Source: Lama glama (Eukaryota). From it: DNA of 64,000 nt. The stretch spans positions 21,392,001 through 21,456,000 of the forward strand of contig CM052832.1 in NCBI GenBank assembly GCA_028534125.1, written 5' to 3'. This document shows positions 12,206 through 24,278 of the stretch, piece after piece. Every line of letters starts with the position of its first letter. The first letter of the stretch is position 1. A program made the position numbers and the translations under genes. Under the pieces are notes generated by a model, which worked only from the letters and a program-made list of their open reading frames with translations, did no database searches and was not told where the DNA came from.

Positions 12206-15200
12206 GGTACTTAATTTTTATGGTATTTTGGGGGGTTAAATTTCAAAGGCACGCACACACAGAGATGTATATCCGTGGATGCTGAGCTGCAATTCCGCAT
12301 CTCCATGTACCAAGACCTCACACAAGGCCCACCACATGGACCTGATCTCAGCTCCTCTCTTGAATGCAGAACAGGCAAGCAGCATCTCCCATGGTTTTAT
12401 GGTGAAGCACTGTTTGGAGAGGAGGAGAAACTGCAGGTGGAGGGGAATCTTCCCACAGGACCAACCAACCTGCCAGATTAAACGGAGTTGGAGGTGGTCA
12501 CATACTTTCACCAGGGGCTCATGTTTCACAGAGAAAGAATTAAGGTAATGCTACCCAACTCGCCTCCATCCTCTTACTCTGCTCAAAACAGTGAGAACAC
12601 CCCTTCAGAGCCACAGACACAGGGTTCTATGTGGCTAACCTACCGTGCACAGCCTCCCTATTCCTGCACCCACTTAATCTAGAATGATATTCTAACTCGG
12701 TGTCATCTTCACCATCTTCAAAAAAGCGCTGGTTTGTCCAAGGTTGACTTCGAGCTCCCCCGAGAAACTACAAGGGAATGGGAGACTCTGCGGGAGGACG
12801 GAGGAGGATGATTTGGGTGAGGAAATTATCTGGGTTCCCAACTCGTACAATTACACAGAAGGCTTTTTTGTTTTAACCCATTAGGTCAAAAGGTAGCAGA
12901 TTTTGAAGGGATGAAATGACCAAAAGGCACTTTTCCCTCAGGATTTGAATAAGCCCAATTCAATTAAGTTTTTGACAGGAAAGCACTTGATTTTTTTTTA
13001 AATAAACAGATATCCAGCAAGAAGGCAGCAGAAAACAAATACTAGTAAAAAAGCAACAGGCAGTGTTCTCAGCAGTCACTTCTCAACTCTCAGGGTCTTG
13101 TGCTGTATTTTTCCATTACAAAAAAAAAAAAAAGACTATGCATAGAGGAAAAAAAAAAGGAAGCTGGAGGTTACTGCCAAAACACATCAGTTCCACCAAA
13201 AATGCACCAGAGTAGCCTTTTCCCTGCCCTGGAAACTATGAGGCTCTCTCCACCCTTCTAAATCATGCTGTCCTGATAGATTTTATTTGCCCACTAAAAA
13301 TACAGAATGGAGATATTCACTGATAACGTGGCGTGTGCTACTTTTGGCAGAGCATGCCTTTTTTTCTTTTCCCAAACAGAACCACGTTCTGGATCACAAG
13401 ACCTTTAGAAGTAATGCCAGCATTTCTTTGTCCTTTGCAAAAACGCGGTGGTTGTCTCTTATCTCATACCAGAGAGGGGACCCAGAGGCTGCCATAATAG
13501 CATATATGCGATAATTTTGTAGAAATCACAACTGAAAAAGGAGTGCATTAATACTGCATTGGGATTCTGCCCAGTGTGCGTATCTTCTTTCCTCTAAACC
13601 TTAAACATTTCCAGAGCCTTACACAGAGAAAAGAGTGACAGTGGAATCAGTACCTAAGTTAAAAGCAATCATAGCCTTGTTGTAAAATCAGCAGCCAATA
13701 GCCTCAACGTTGGTCACGATTTGAGTCTAGGTCGGCCTGCTAAGCAGTCCGCCAACACGAGAACCCTAGCTGGTCCCATCACTTAATTCCCACCGAAGTG
13801 AAAGCATCCGACATCTACAAATGGTAGTTTCAAATAAAGGCAATAATTTGTATCCAGCTGGTACAACTGTTTAATAAAATGCCTGCTGGCTCTCCAGAAG
13901 TAATATTTTCCTCTTCTCAGCAACAATGAAAATTAGCTTGTCTTGGGGAACCACTAACTCAATCCATACAAAATGTTCTCAACTTGAAGTATAAGATTTT
14001 CAATGACTGTGATCTGCCATATGGAGGGGGAAAAAAAAAACCAAAAAAATGTTTCAGGGCTACAGAGTAAACTGGAGAAGTAAAAGAAAAAAAAAAAACT
14101 TAACAGAAGGCTGAAGCCGTTTCACTATTGTAATAATTATTCTTCTAATGTTTTAATCAAAGGAAGCAGCCGGTCTCTCTCCCCTCATCAATATTCAAGC
14201 CACCACACTTTGTAGGTGTTAATCTCCACGCCTCCAGGCTGTTAGAAGGGAGCGGAAATTGGCAGTCCCTGCCGCAGAAGCCTGTCGGGTAACAGTACCT
14301 GGCACTGCCCTTAATTATCTCAATTATGTTAATATGTGTTGTTTGTCAACAGCTACAAAGAAATGAGACTGCGAGGCAGTTGGCAAGATCAGTTTTTAGA
14401 TGTAGGTTTGGGCAATGAAGGTTTCCTTTCTGTTACAATTAAAAAAAATTTTTAAGGGGTTTTATATTCATGAGAGTAAAAGAAGAAACTAAAAAGTCAC
14501 CCATAATCTCAGCTAGTGTGTATTTTCTGAAAGTCATTTGTCCAATGCGGTTTCAGTAAGCTTTTATTCCTCTTCCTCACAAGTGATCAAAAATATGTAA
14601 ATATATAAAACATATAAACGAGTAAATACAAATGTTACACACAGGGAGAGTGAGGCATGTGATTTATTTTCCAGGAGCTGAAGTAACTAATTAATTAATC
14701 TATAAAATCAGTAGCATCCTTTCAAATACAACAGGAAAACGTTTTAGACGATTCCTGTAAAAGAAAACAAGGCTATTTCGTACTCAAAGCCCTAACACAA
14801 GCAGATCTGTTTTCAGAGCAGCATGGTGAAGCTTGTATAAGAGTCCTGGTCAATTTTCTAGCTTCCTGGCATAAACAATGCCTGGAACCCAGCCTACCCT
14901 ATCCATCCAGAGACTGCAGAAGTGGATTTGACTAATGGCAATTAAGGTATTACCAGTCATCAAACACACACAGGGTGTTCCCATATCAGCAAAAGAAATG
15001 AGAAAGAGGAGAGTGTGTTGTTTTTTTAAAGCCATCTCTAGGGAATGTGTGTGCTGTTTCTCACCTACTCTGAATCCGAGCTTTTCTGAGTATTTCCTGA
15101 GCTGAGCACAGTTTGATCACTGCAGGGAGAGGAAGTGAGCAGTGGCTTGCCTGCTCTGATTTCAACAATCTGAGCCACAGTTTCCTCATCTGTTGAAATA

Positions 15201-15419
15201 ATGCTAATCAGACTGGCTGGTTCTAACCGGCCAGCTCTAAGGCTTGCTGGAGAAGCCCAGAAGAGTAAGGAAGCAAAAAGGGGCCTGAGTAGAGACTGGC
15301 ATGTTACCATTCTGCAAAAAGCAGCAAAAAGCATTGGAACTTTCTTTCTAGACCCCATGGAGACCCTTGAAATATGGGATTTTCTAGAAAAAAAGTCCTT
15401 GCAGGGCAGGGCAGCAGAG

Positions 15420-15630
15420 TGAAGGGAGGAGCAATGTAACTGCAGTCAAAGAACTGGGTTCGAGCCCCATCTTCCATTGACTTGCTGGGCGATGTGGGTA
15501 AGAAATGTAACATTTCTGAGCCAAATTCCTTACCTATAAAATGGAACTAATACAATACCCCTTTCATTGGGTTATTTGTAAAAAATTAACTCAAACAAGG
15601 TAAGAAAAAAATTTTATCAGCTAACAAATG
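15420..15630 (+). mobile_element. MIR SINE
   Basis: ctgggttcgagcccc..gacttgctgggcgatgtgggtaag..tttctgagcc..cctataaaatggaa. Confidence 0.7.
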
Positions 15631-15679
15631 CTACACAGATGTAAATCTCTTCCCACTTTTCTTCTGAAGGCAAATTCTT

Positions 15680-15788
15680 GGAAGAAGTGGTGTAGCTCAG
15701 TGGTAGAGCACATGCTTAGCATGCAGGGGGTCCTGGGTTCAATCCTCAGTACCTCCATTTAAAAAAAAAAAAAAAGGGAAAAAGAAAA
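15680..15788 (+). mobile_element. tRNA-derived camelid SINE (Vic-1-like) with perfect 13-bp TSD
   Basis: gtagctcagtggtagagcacatgcttagcatgca..gtcctgggttcaatcctcagtacctcc + polyA; TSD gaaggcaaattct at 15666-15678 and 15789-15801. Confidence 0.92.
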
Positions 15789-16221
15789 GAAGGCAAATTC
15801 TACTTCCGAATTCAGAGGACTCCTGTTTTCCCTGAAGTGCTGTTCATGTCACACTTACAAAACGACTTCTAGTCCAACGCATACGATGTCCAAGATTTTC
15901 TGCTGAGGAGGACCTGCCTCCTCAGTTATGTGTTAGAACTTATTTCCATGGAGACAGAAAAAAATTATCTCCTTGTAGCGGAAGGATTTTTTTTTTTTTC
16001 TTTAAATACTGATTGGAAATGTGGCCAAATTAAATATAAGTTTGAGCTCTCCCGCCTAGAAAGATCTGGAGAGAGTTTAGTTTGTCACGAGGGACAGCGG
16101 GGTCTCCAGGCCGGGCCGGTGGGAAGGAGCCAGATCTCACAGGCACTTTTTGCTGGTCCTGCCTGTTGCCCGGGCAAGGGGAGCCAGGGTCCCTCTCCTC
16201 CCAACCAAAATTTAACCGTTG

Positions 16222-16339
16222 TAGGGTTGCCAGATACAACAGAGAACACCCAGTTAAATCTGAATCTAAACAATGGTTGAACAATGAATGGTTTCCTAGA
16301 ATAAGTATGTCCCAAATATTTGTCAATCTGGTCATCCCA
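16222..16339. mobile_element. MER53-like hAT MITE (deleted copy)
   Basis: tagggttgccagata..cacccagttaaatctgaat..ataagtatgtccca..atctggtcatccca (degenerate inverted termini). Confidence 0.75.
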
Positions 16340-18462
16340 AACGGTTGCCTGAGGCAGAAGAGTTGTGGAATCATATAATTTTTTTTTTTTAAGGAAGGGA
16401 AACCATAGCAATCTTCTAATTCAGCCTCCTCATCTGACATATGAGAAAAGGAAAGCCACCTGTCCTCAAACACCAGCGGAACCAGGCCCACCATCCCCCT
16501 CAGAATACCAAGAGCCATTTTGTGACTGATTTTTTTCTTTAAAGCCATTGAATACAAAGTATCTTCAATTTTTCTGAATATTTGTTCACATAAACCCAGG
16601 ATACTACTGAGCTGTGATCTGTGGCTGCCGTTTTTATACCAAAGCCTTTGTGTGTCTGTGGCCAACAGACACAACCAGCTCTAAACAGATAATTAGTGTT
16701 AGTAACTAGTTAACAGTGTCTATGGCTACCCCTGCTGACTGCAGGATGCCAGAATGCGAGGGGCATTTGCCTGAGCTCAGCTGTTTCACAGGATTTCCGC
16801 CATGACTTACACTAAGATAGGAAGGTCATCAAGCCAGAAAGGGGCAGATTAGAGACGGGTAAGAAAGGAGGCTAACCAGGAAATACTCTCACCTCAGAAC
16901 TCAAAGCCAAGGTACGTGTTTTAGTCACACTCTCATCCTCTGCCCTTTGCCATCTGACCTTGACCTACCGGCAGACTCAAGGCTGCCCTCGTCTCCTTCC
17001 CCTCCCCCAGCCGGGGCACACGTGGGTGCATCCAACCATCACAGTAGCTCCATTTCCTCTCTTAGAAGGATTAGGACTGGGAATAGTTCGGAAGCAGATT
17101 TCTCCCTCAAGGTCAAAGCTTTCAACAAAGAAATTGTGCAGCACGATTAAACCTGGATCTGAAACAAGGCTGGGATGCCTACCGCGTTTTGGGTGGATAC
17201 GGGGGCAGGGAGGGGAGGAGGGAGATGATACGTGAAGGCTTCAGTTTCACAAATATAAACCAGTACTTCTCCCCCTTTTCTTGTCTTTTCAAATATTTTT
17301 CCCTTGTGCTCGGAGACACTTGATACACACAGAACATCATGAAAGGATGCTAGGGGACAAGCGCTGTCTCCTCGCTTTGCTCCACACTTCGGAGCTGGTC
17401 AAAACACTCTGACTCTGTAACTGGCCAAGTCTCAGTGCCTGCAGAGTGTTTTTGGACCTGATACTTGTTTTACCCTCTTCTGTGACTTGCCCTTCGAAGC
17501 ACACACACAACCCACCAAGGGACTTTCCCCTCCGTGCTCAGCAGTTAGCATCGGATCTCCTTGGCAAGGCTCTCGGTGACTGCACAATCTCACACCTGCC
17601 AGCACTGGAAAGTTCCGGAAATCAGGACTCTGTGCCAGACATTTCTCTGGAGCACTAACTTTACCCAGTTCTTCATTCTCCTGGCCATTAGCCTGGTCAC
17701 CCATTCCTTGAACTTGGTTAAACTTTTGGCAGCGTAAGTGTGCAAAGAGCACATCTGAGAAATGAGGTGGCCGCCCAGGCCCTCGGGCTCTAATGCTGGC
17801 TCTCCTGCTGCCTTTGATTGCCTCCCTGGGGTACCACACCCTACACCTTCCAAAGCACCCTCCCATCTGCTCCTCCTCTGTTCTTTAGGACGGCTCTGAG
17901 AGATCAAAGAACATACTGTGAGGATTTACCTTGTGACAGCTTTTGTGCTGAGCATTTTCATCTATGTTACCTTGTGGGGTCCTGCTGACCACCCTATGTG
18001 GAGAGTAAAGAGAAAATACCCACCATACAGATGAAAAGCTTAAGAACCAGAGAGGGAAACACCCCAGAGCTGAAAGCTAACTCTTCTTCCTCACTACAGA
18101 TAACCTATTTTAAATTCTGTGTCCCAGTTAAAATTCTTCCATTAACTCCAGGGAGCCCAAGCAATGCATCTAGGCAGGAGAGCAACATTTCATGGTCTAA
18201 AAGCAATAACCAGCGATCATGGCCACAACTTATTACTGACGCCCAGTCACGGCCTCTTGATTCCTGGACAAGCATTTGGCCTGTATCTCACCCTTCAGAC
18301 GGATCATATAAATCAAAGTTGGAGAAGGAGTGCTGGGTGCTTCTGCTGTGAGCTCCCGGAACACTCTCAATCTTCTCTGTAGTATTTTGTCAGTTATAAT
18401 ACTGCTAATTGTTAAAATTCTCTTTGATACTTTACAGAAGTAATACAAAACAAGGTGTAAAG

Positions 18463-18576
18463 GTGGGGGAGGGTACGGCTCAGCGGTAGAGCACGTACTT
18501 AGCATGCACGAGGTCCTGCGTTCAATCCCTAGTACCTCCATTAAACAAACAAGCCAGCCAGCCCAGAACCCTTTGA
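18463..18576 (+). mobile_element. tRNA-derived camelid SINE (Vic-1-like)
   Basis: ggggagggtacggctcagcggtagagcacgtacttagcatgcacgaggtcctgcgttcaatccctagtacctcc; imperfect TSD aaaacaaggtgtaaa / aaaataagctgtaaa. Confidence 0.88.
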
Positions 18577-19002
18577 AAAAATAAGCTGTAAAAGAAAAAA
18601 GCTAGCCATCTACCCAATCCCATCTCCCCACAGAAATCAGTATTAATATGATGCTAGGTATCTGTAAACACATTTCGCCTGGATCCCATATAAGTATACA
18701 GGCTTATACACATATTTGAGTTTGTTGGCTTGCTTTTCAAAGAGAAGCATACCTTTTTCTCACTCTGAAACTAATTTTTCCTTTCTCCTTTTTTTTTGGT
18801 TTAATACTGTATCATGGATATTCCTAAATCTAATTTTTCCTAATTTCTTTATATATATATACGTAAAATATCACATATATGGGATAGCTTGCAAGAAACA
18901 GCAAATGCATAAAAATCCCCATGGAGTGGTTACACCGTAACTCCTCTTTTGATTGGTTTCCAGTTTTTGCCACTATGAGCAAAGATGCAACACTGTTCAG
19001 TG

Positions 19003-19523
19003 TGCAGGGGAGAGGGTAAAAACTGTTTCCTCTGATCTCTGATCTTCAGCTCCTGAGGACTGAATGAACTTGACAAAGACAGCTTAACAGGAGAAAATTT
19101 TCTTACACGGTAAAGAAGTGAAAGCCTGAAGAAGTGGTTAGGTCTGAGGTCTTTAAACACCATTTTAACAAAGGGTGACCAAGTATGGAGAAGTGACAAG
19201 ACAAAAGAAAAGGGGTTTGGGCTTCTAGGGCTGGTCAACTGTGGGACAGAAAATGTACGGGGGAAACTAATGGAAGATAAGGGTCATTTTAGTGAGGTTT
19301 GTTTACGCAAGGGTCATTTTAGTGAGGTTTGTTTACGCAGACTCAAGTCAGTGCTGCCCCCAGCCCTCCTTCTTCCTGCTATGAGAGGGGAGGGGGGATA
19401 TCTTTACAAATGGAAATTTGTACCCTGCTTTTGGCAGAGAATTCTCCCTATGACTCCTCCAGTTCAAAATAATCTATTTGCTGAAGTGGCATATTTTGGG
19501 GTGGCGTATTCTGATCCCCTCCA
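19003..19523 (-). mobile_element. ERV1 solo LTR (MER34-group-like)
   Basis: TG...CA ends, 4-bp TSD AGTG (18999-19002, 19524-19527); end gtggcatattttggggtggcgtattctgatcccctcca is the reverse complement of a MER34-type LTR start. Confidence 0.85.
19279..19338. repeat. Perfect 2x30-bp tandem duplication
   Basis: aagggtcattttagtgaggtttgtttacgc repeated exactly. Confidence 0.98.
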
Positions 19524-19879
19524 AGTGTGTGCTCTTAAATATTATTTCCGTGGGATAAATTCCCTAGAGTGCTGAGTTAAAGTATACATGCATTTTATTA
19601 TTCCTTTTATAGGTGTGGCCAGGTTACTCTCCTAAAAGGCTGTCATCATAATTCAGATTTCAGCCAGCAGTATGAATCCATGAGCACCCACCTCTTCTAC
19701 ATCCTGGTCAGCTTTTGGTGTTTGCTAGTTCTGTCAATCAAATAGGTGTAAAAGTGTCATCTTGATGTTTTAATTTGCATTTCCCTCCCCACTGGGGAGG
19801 CTGAGCATTTTTCTATGTTTATTGATCATTTGAATTTGCTTTTCTTAGAATTCCCTGTAACTGTTTAGTTATTTTTCCT

Positions 19880-20012
19880 CTCTCCCTGGAGTGTAAGTTC
19901 CACCAGAGCAGGTAGCAAGTGTGTCTTGTTATTCTGGTTGTTACTTCTGGTTCCTAAGACAGTTGCTGGCAAACAGTAAACACTCAATAAAGAGCTGCTT
20001 AATAAGTAAGTG
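19880..20012 (+). mobile_element. L2 3' end
   Basis: ctggagtgtaagttccac..gagcagg..tgtcttgtt..ctggcaaacagtaaacactcaataaa. Confidence 0.7.
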
Positions 20013-20014
20013 GA

Positions 20015-20470
20015 TATCCTTCAACCCAGCAATTCTCCTCCAAGGAACTATATTAAAGAAATAATAACGGTTGTGTGTACAAATCTGTCCATGAAATTCT
20101 CATTACAGGATTGTTTATAACTAGAAATAAAATAGGTAATAATATTTGATACAGGAAGAAAATAATAATGACTGTAACAGCGATCTTTTATTTAGTGGAT
20201 ACTATTAGGTAGTGTTAAAAATTTTTTTATAATTTATCCTGTTTAGTCCTCATAATATATTAAGATTAAAAAAGCAATTATAACACTGTTTCCTCATTGT
20301 TTCAAGAAACGTTTCTGTGTGCATCGACAAAGAACTGGAAAGAAATATAGCAAATTGTTAATAGCGGTGTATTTGTGTGATTTTAAAAATAGATTATTTT
20401 TAGTTTCTTTTTCATTTAAACTTCCTTTTATCTAAGTCGTCTCCATCCTTTGTAATAAGAAAAAGAATGT
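20015..20470 (+). mobile_element. Old L1 (L1ME-like) 3' fragment
   Basis: ccttcaacccagcaattc..aaagaaataat..ttgtttataa..aaagaactggaaagaaatatagcaaattgttaatagcggt. Confidence 0.55.
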
Positions 20471-22593
20471 AAGAAAAGCAATTCCTGAATAATATTCTAG
20501 TATCTAGTGTTTTCTTCTGGTTTTTAATAAAGTGTGTATAGATACTACACCTGCCTGTATATTTTAAATATACGTACAAATATGTATATAAAAACTGAAT
20601 AAAGTCCTACAATAAAGGCTAAAGCTGACAAATACCTAATGAAGTAGCCTGTTGGCCGTCTCAGTTTTCCTCGATAATGTATGTCCTGGGGCTTGTTTCC
20701 CCAAGAATGAGGTATAGTTGTCTCCTCAGCCTGTTAGGGTGGACCTAAAGGGCCATTAATCATCCTGTCTGGAGCTCAGAGAGAACCCTCTGGAAACAGG
20801 GAGACGAGTAACAAGCCCGTCCAGCCTCAGCAGCAATGGTGAAGGTGCCCGGCCACTGGGGTGGAACCGAGCACAGGCATGGACGTAATGATGAAGGGTG
20901 CCATTTCCTGCCTCGCCAGCCCGCACCGCAGGTGAGGCCCCACCCGCCCCGCTCTCAGTCTCAGAGCAGCTCTTTCCCCTCGTGTCACAGGAAACCGAAT
21001 GTTTTTCTCTCAGTGGAAATCAAGGCTGGAATCCAAAGAGTAGAGTTGAAATGTGGTCCCTTAAGTGGTGTACGGTGCCAACCAAAAAGCAGTTGACAAT
21101 AGATCACAAGCGAGATTTCTCCTTAGCAGCACAGACAACCACTTCCCCACCAAAAACCAGACACATCAAAAATTAAAATAAAAAGCCTACTCTGGTTCTC
21201 TCGTGCATTTCACCCCAAATTCCCTTTCTGGGTTGAACAAACTCAACAGAAGCCGCCACAAGTGCATCTCCCCATTCTCCATCCCCGGAAAACTCACGGG
21301 CTGATTCCGTCTGTGTGGCTTTAAGCTATTTCCAAGGCTCCTGTGCATATCAGGCAAAGCCCAGGCCCAGTCTGGGGGCTTGTGGAAAGCTGTGCTGAGA
21401 CACAGTGTGGATGCCACAGGGCCAGTCCCCAGAGGACCAAAGTGAGAGCCTTAACTGAGAGTGGAAAGTGGTCAAGCCATGCCATCCTCCCTCGATGAAC
21501 CAGGCCCACCATCCCCTCCTGCTGTGTCTCCGACAGATCGACGCCAGTGTATCTCCTGTGACCTAAGATCCAACATCAATGAAAGTCACACTGGGGGGAG
21601 GAGGTATTCATACACATCCCTATTAATATTCTTAAAATAAATTTCCTTTTTGCAAGAGACCAGGATCTGCCATAAACTAACTCTAGCTCTCTTAGTACAG
21701 GCCATGACGCCCTCGAGCCCAGGTCCTCACCTAGGGAATGAGGATGGAATCCTGATGATTGGCCACTTCTCCATCACCTCTGGATGGCTGTCATCTCCTC
21801 CCCTTAGCAACTCAGACCTTCTCTCCTCACCCTTCTGCCAAAAAGGTCCCCTTTGCTTTCCTGTGTGTTCATTGGCCTAAGCAAGCTGCTACCTGCCCTG
21901 TGAGTGGGCCTTGCTGGCCTGGTCCTGACTCCCAGGCACAGCGCTGCCCAGCCACAAAGGGAAGCCAGAAGTCAGGAGTGGGCTGAGGAGATGGGAGGCA
22001 GGCACAGAGGCAGCCGGCTCTCCCTGGAAAACCTCCCTAGACAGTCAGTCTCGGGAAAGTGTGTCAAGGTGGCGGAACCTCGCGCACAGACTGTCCATCC
22101 CTTGGTGCTGAAGGAAATACGGAGAGGATGTGCTGGAGCTGCCTGGTACTGGATCAGGAAAGCCGATGATTTCCATTTTCAGGAAGATCGGGAGCCAGCT
22201 GAGTTGCCACTGGCAGCTTGAAATGGGCCAGTGAGAGTACTGAGCCACGGAAATCGGAAATCGGTGAAGGCTATTGCCAATGAGGACTTTTTGTTTGTTT
22301 GTTTGCTTGAGAACCAGTTGTTAACCCTTCCCCAGACACCACCTGGGAAGCTCCATCCTCAGGGAGCGCCATGTGCTGGCCCAGGACGGCCCCTGCGCCC
22401 CTCCCAGCTCTTCGCTCACTACCTAGAAAACCCCCGGGGCGGTTCCTTCACCTCCCTGTGCCCCTCTTTCTGTCTCTGCAGGATAAAGATAGAACCTATA
22501 GGAGGGCTGAGTTAATTTATTTAAAGTGTTAAGAATGGTGCCTGGCCCAACGTAAGTATTTTCCATTGTTATCTGCTTTTTTAAAAAATGAGC

Positions 22594-22721
22594 CTTTTTC
22601 GGGGAGGGGTGATCATTAGGTTTATTAATTTACTTATTTTTTAAACAGAGGTACTAGGGATTCAACCCAGGATCTCGTGCATGTTAGCACACGCTCTACC
22701 ACGGAGTTATACTCTCCCCCC
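22594..22721 (-). mobile_element. tRNA-derived camelid SINE (Vic-1-like), antisense
   Basis: attaggtttattaatt..gaggtactagggattcaacccaggatctcgtgcatgttagcacacgctctaccacggagttatactctcccccc. Confidence 0.85.
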
Positions 22722-24128
22722 ATTACTACCTGCCTTTAATACCCTTGGGCAGAGAATGGATTGAGAAGTATTGATTAAAAAAACAAAAACAAATACAAAA
22801 AAACCAATCCCCTCATATTCTGAATGCTTAACAAACTCGTTTCAGGGTTCAAATGTGGCTGCTGTTCTAAGACATCTAAGTACTAGAACTTTCAAAAAGT
22901 GAGCCAAGAAAATGAGAAGAAACACAAAAGCAAGGATTCACCAAATAGGTGCAAAAGAGAGAAGACGTAAATATAAAAATACATGATGAATATAGTGGCC
23001 TCATCTGCTGATCTCCCCTTAACACACAGAAGAAGGAATGAAAAAAATGGAAGAGCCTGGGAAGCGAACAGATTTTTAAAGACCATCTGAGAAGCCAAAT
23101 TCCTTCACAGCAATTATTCAGATGATGTTTGTGCTTAGATGTTTTGTGTTTAGAAAAAAAACTCCAAGAGCATTTAGTTTGCAGATGCAGAAACCTCGGT
23201 AACTTCTCACGCTTTGCAAAGTTGCTGTTAGAGCCAAGCATCCTTGTCAAGTAACTGGGTAGCAATAAATATCTGGGGTTTTTTTCTTCCATACGAAGAA
23301 AGTTCTATTTTGTCCAAGGCTTCACTCACCCAGGCAATCACAGTCAAACATTCAAATTTGGATTTGTTTCCTGCTTTGGTTTCTAGCATACTGGGCCCCC
23401 TGCCTTCTTTTGGACTCCGTGACTTAAGATATTTATCATTTCAGGGACAGACTTTGCCAAGAGCATTTTGGTTTCAGGCAGAAAACAAAAATAGATGCAC
23501 TTCAAAAATGATTCAAGTGTTGTTATGTTTCTGATTATTTTTTACCCCCTCAACCATTAAAAAAAAAATCCTGGTGTTTGAAATAGTCACCTGAATCTCC
23601 GAGAAGCTTTAAAGCACCCTAAGACAATTAAACAGATTCCTGACATCATGAGGGCCAGCAAGCAACACAGCGCAGCCAGAGGTGACGGTCAGAGGACACG
23701 CGGCAGGTGTACGCAGCATCTTTTTTCCCTGGAAGAGCCCACATCTCAAAGTTGCTTTGATAATAACCCCCTGACTTCTTGTCAGCATGACGCTTCCAGC
23801 AGTTTTTTGAGAAATGCCTTTTCTATCGTGGGCTTTGACCGTGACCTTGTTTTTTTCACATTTAATAAACTGGAAGAAAACAGAGCTAGAGGACATTACT
23901 CCAAAGACGTCAACTTCCTTTTCCATGATTATCGACAGTGTCATGGGCGCCTGAGAACACGGACGGGGGTGCTAATGTAATGTGATCATCCTGGCACCAA
24001 AGAGCAAAAAGGAGGATTCAGGGCCTGGGCATCTACCTCTGTCTGGACAGGGTTACTTTGAGGCACTGAAAGGTCAACAAAGAAGCAGCACCGTAAGGCC
24101 TGGAAGAAGAACCCTGTCACCTTATATA

Positions 24129-24278
24129 TAGTTGGCTCTCCGTATCGGCGGGTTTCGCATCCACGGAGGGAGGACCGACCGTACTATGCCATTTACATAA
24201 GGGACTTGAGTATCCTTGGATTTTGGTACCTGTAGGGCCTCCTGGAACCAGTCCCCCTGGATACTGAGGGAGGACTGC
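24129..24278 (-). mobile_element. Short MER2-related Tigger MITE
   Basis: Inverted termini agttggctctccgtatc / gatactgagggaggact; gccatttacataagggacttgag..ttggattttggta is antisense to the element at 6690. Confidence 0.75.

Larger units (their letters stand above)
18900..19855 (-). mobile_element. Old L1 (L1ME-like) fragment interrupted by an ERV1 LTR
   Basis: ggtttccagtttttgccactat.. continues after the LTR as atttccgtgggataaattccctagag..gttttaatttgcatttccc..gctgagcatttttc. Confidence 0.65.

Noticed and set aside
15680..15760. tRNA gene
   Set aside because: The A/B boxes belong to a SINE with polyA tail and TSD, present in four diverged copies.
16030..16674. Longest real ORF (214 aa, minus strand)
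   Set aside because: Non-ATG start, runs through a MER53 remnant and a homopolymer run, no recognisable domain.
19279..19338. CRISPR-like 30-bp repeats
   Set aside because: Only two adjacent copies with no spacer, inside an LTR in mammalian DNA.
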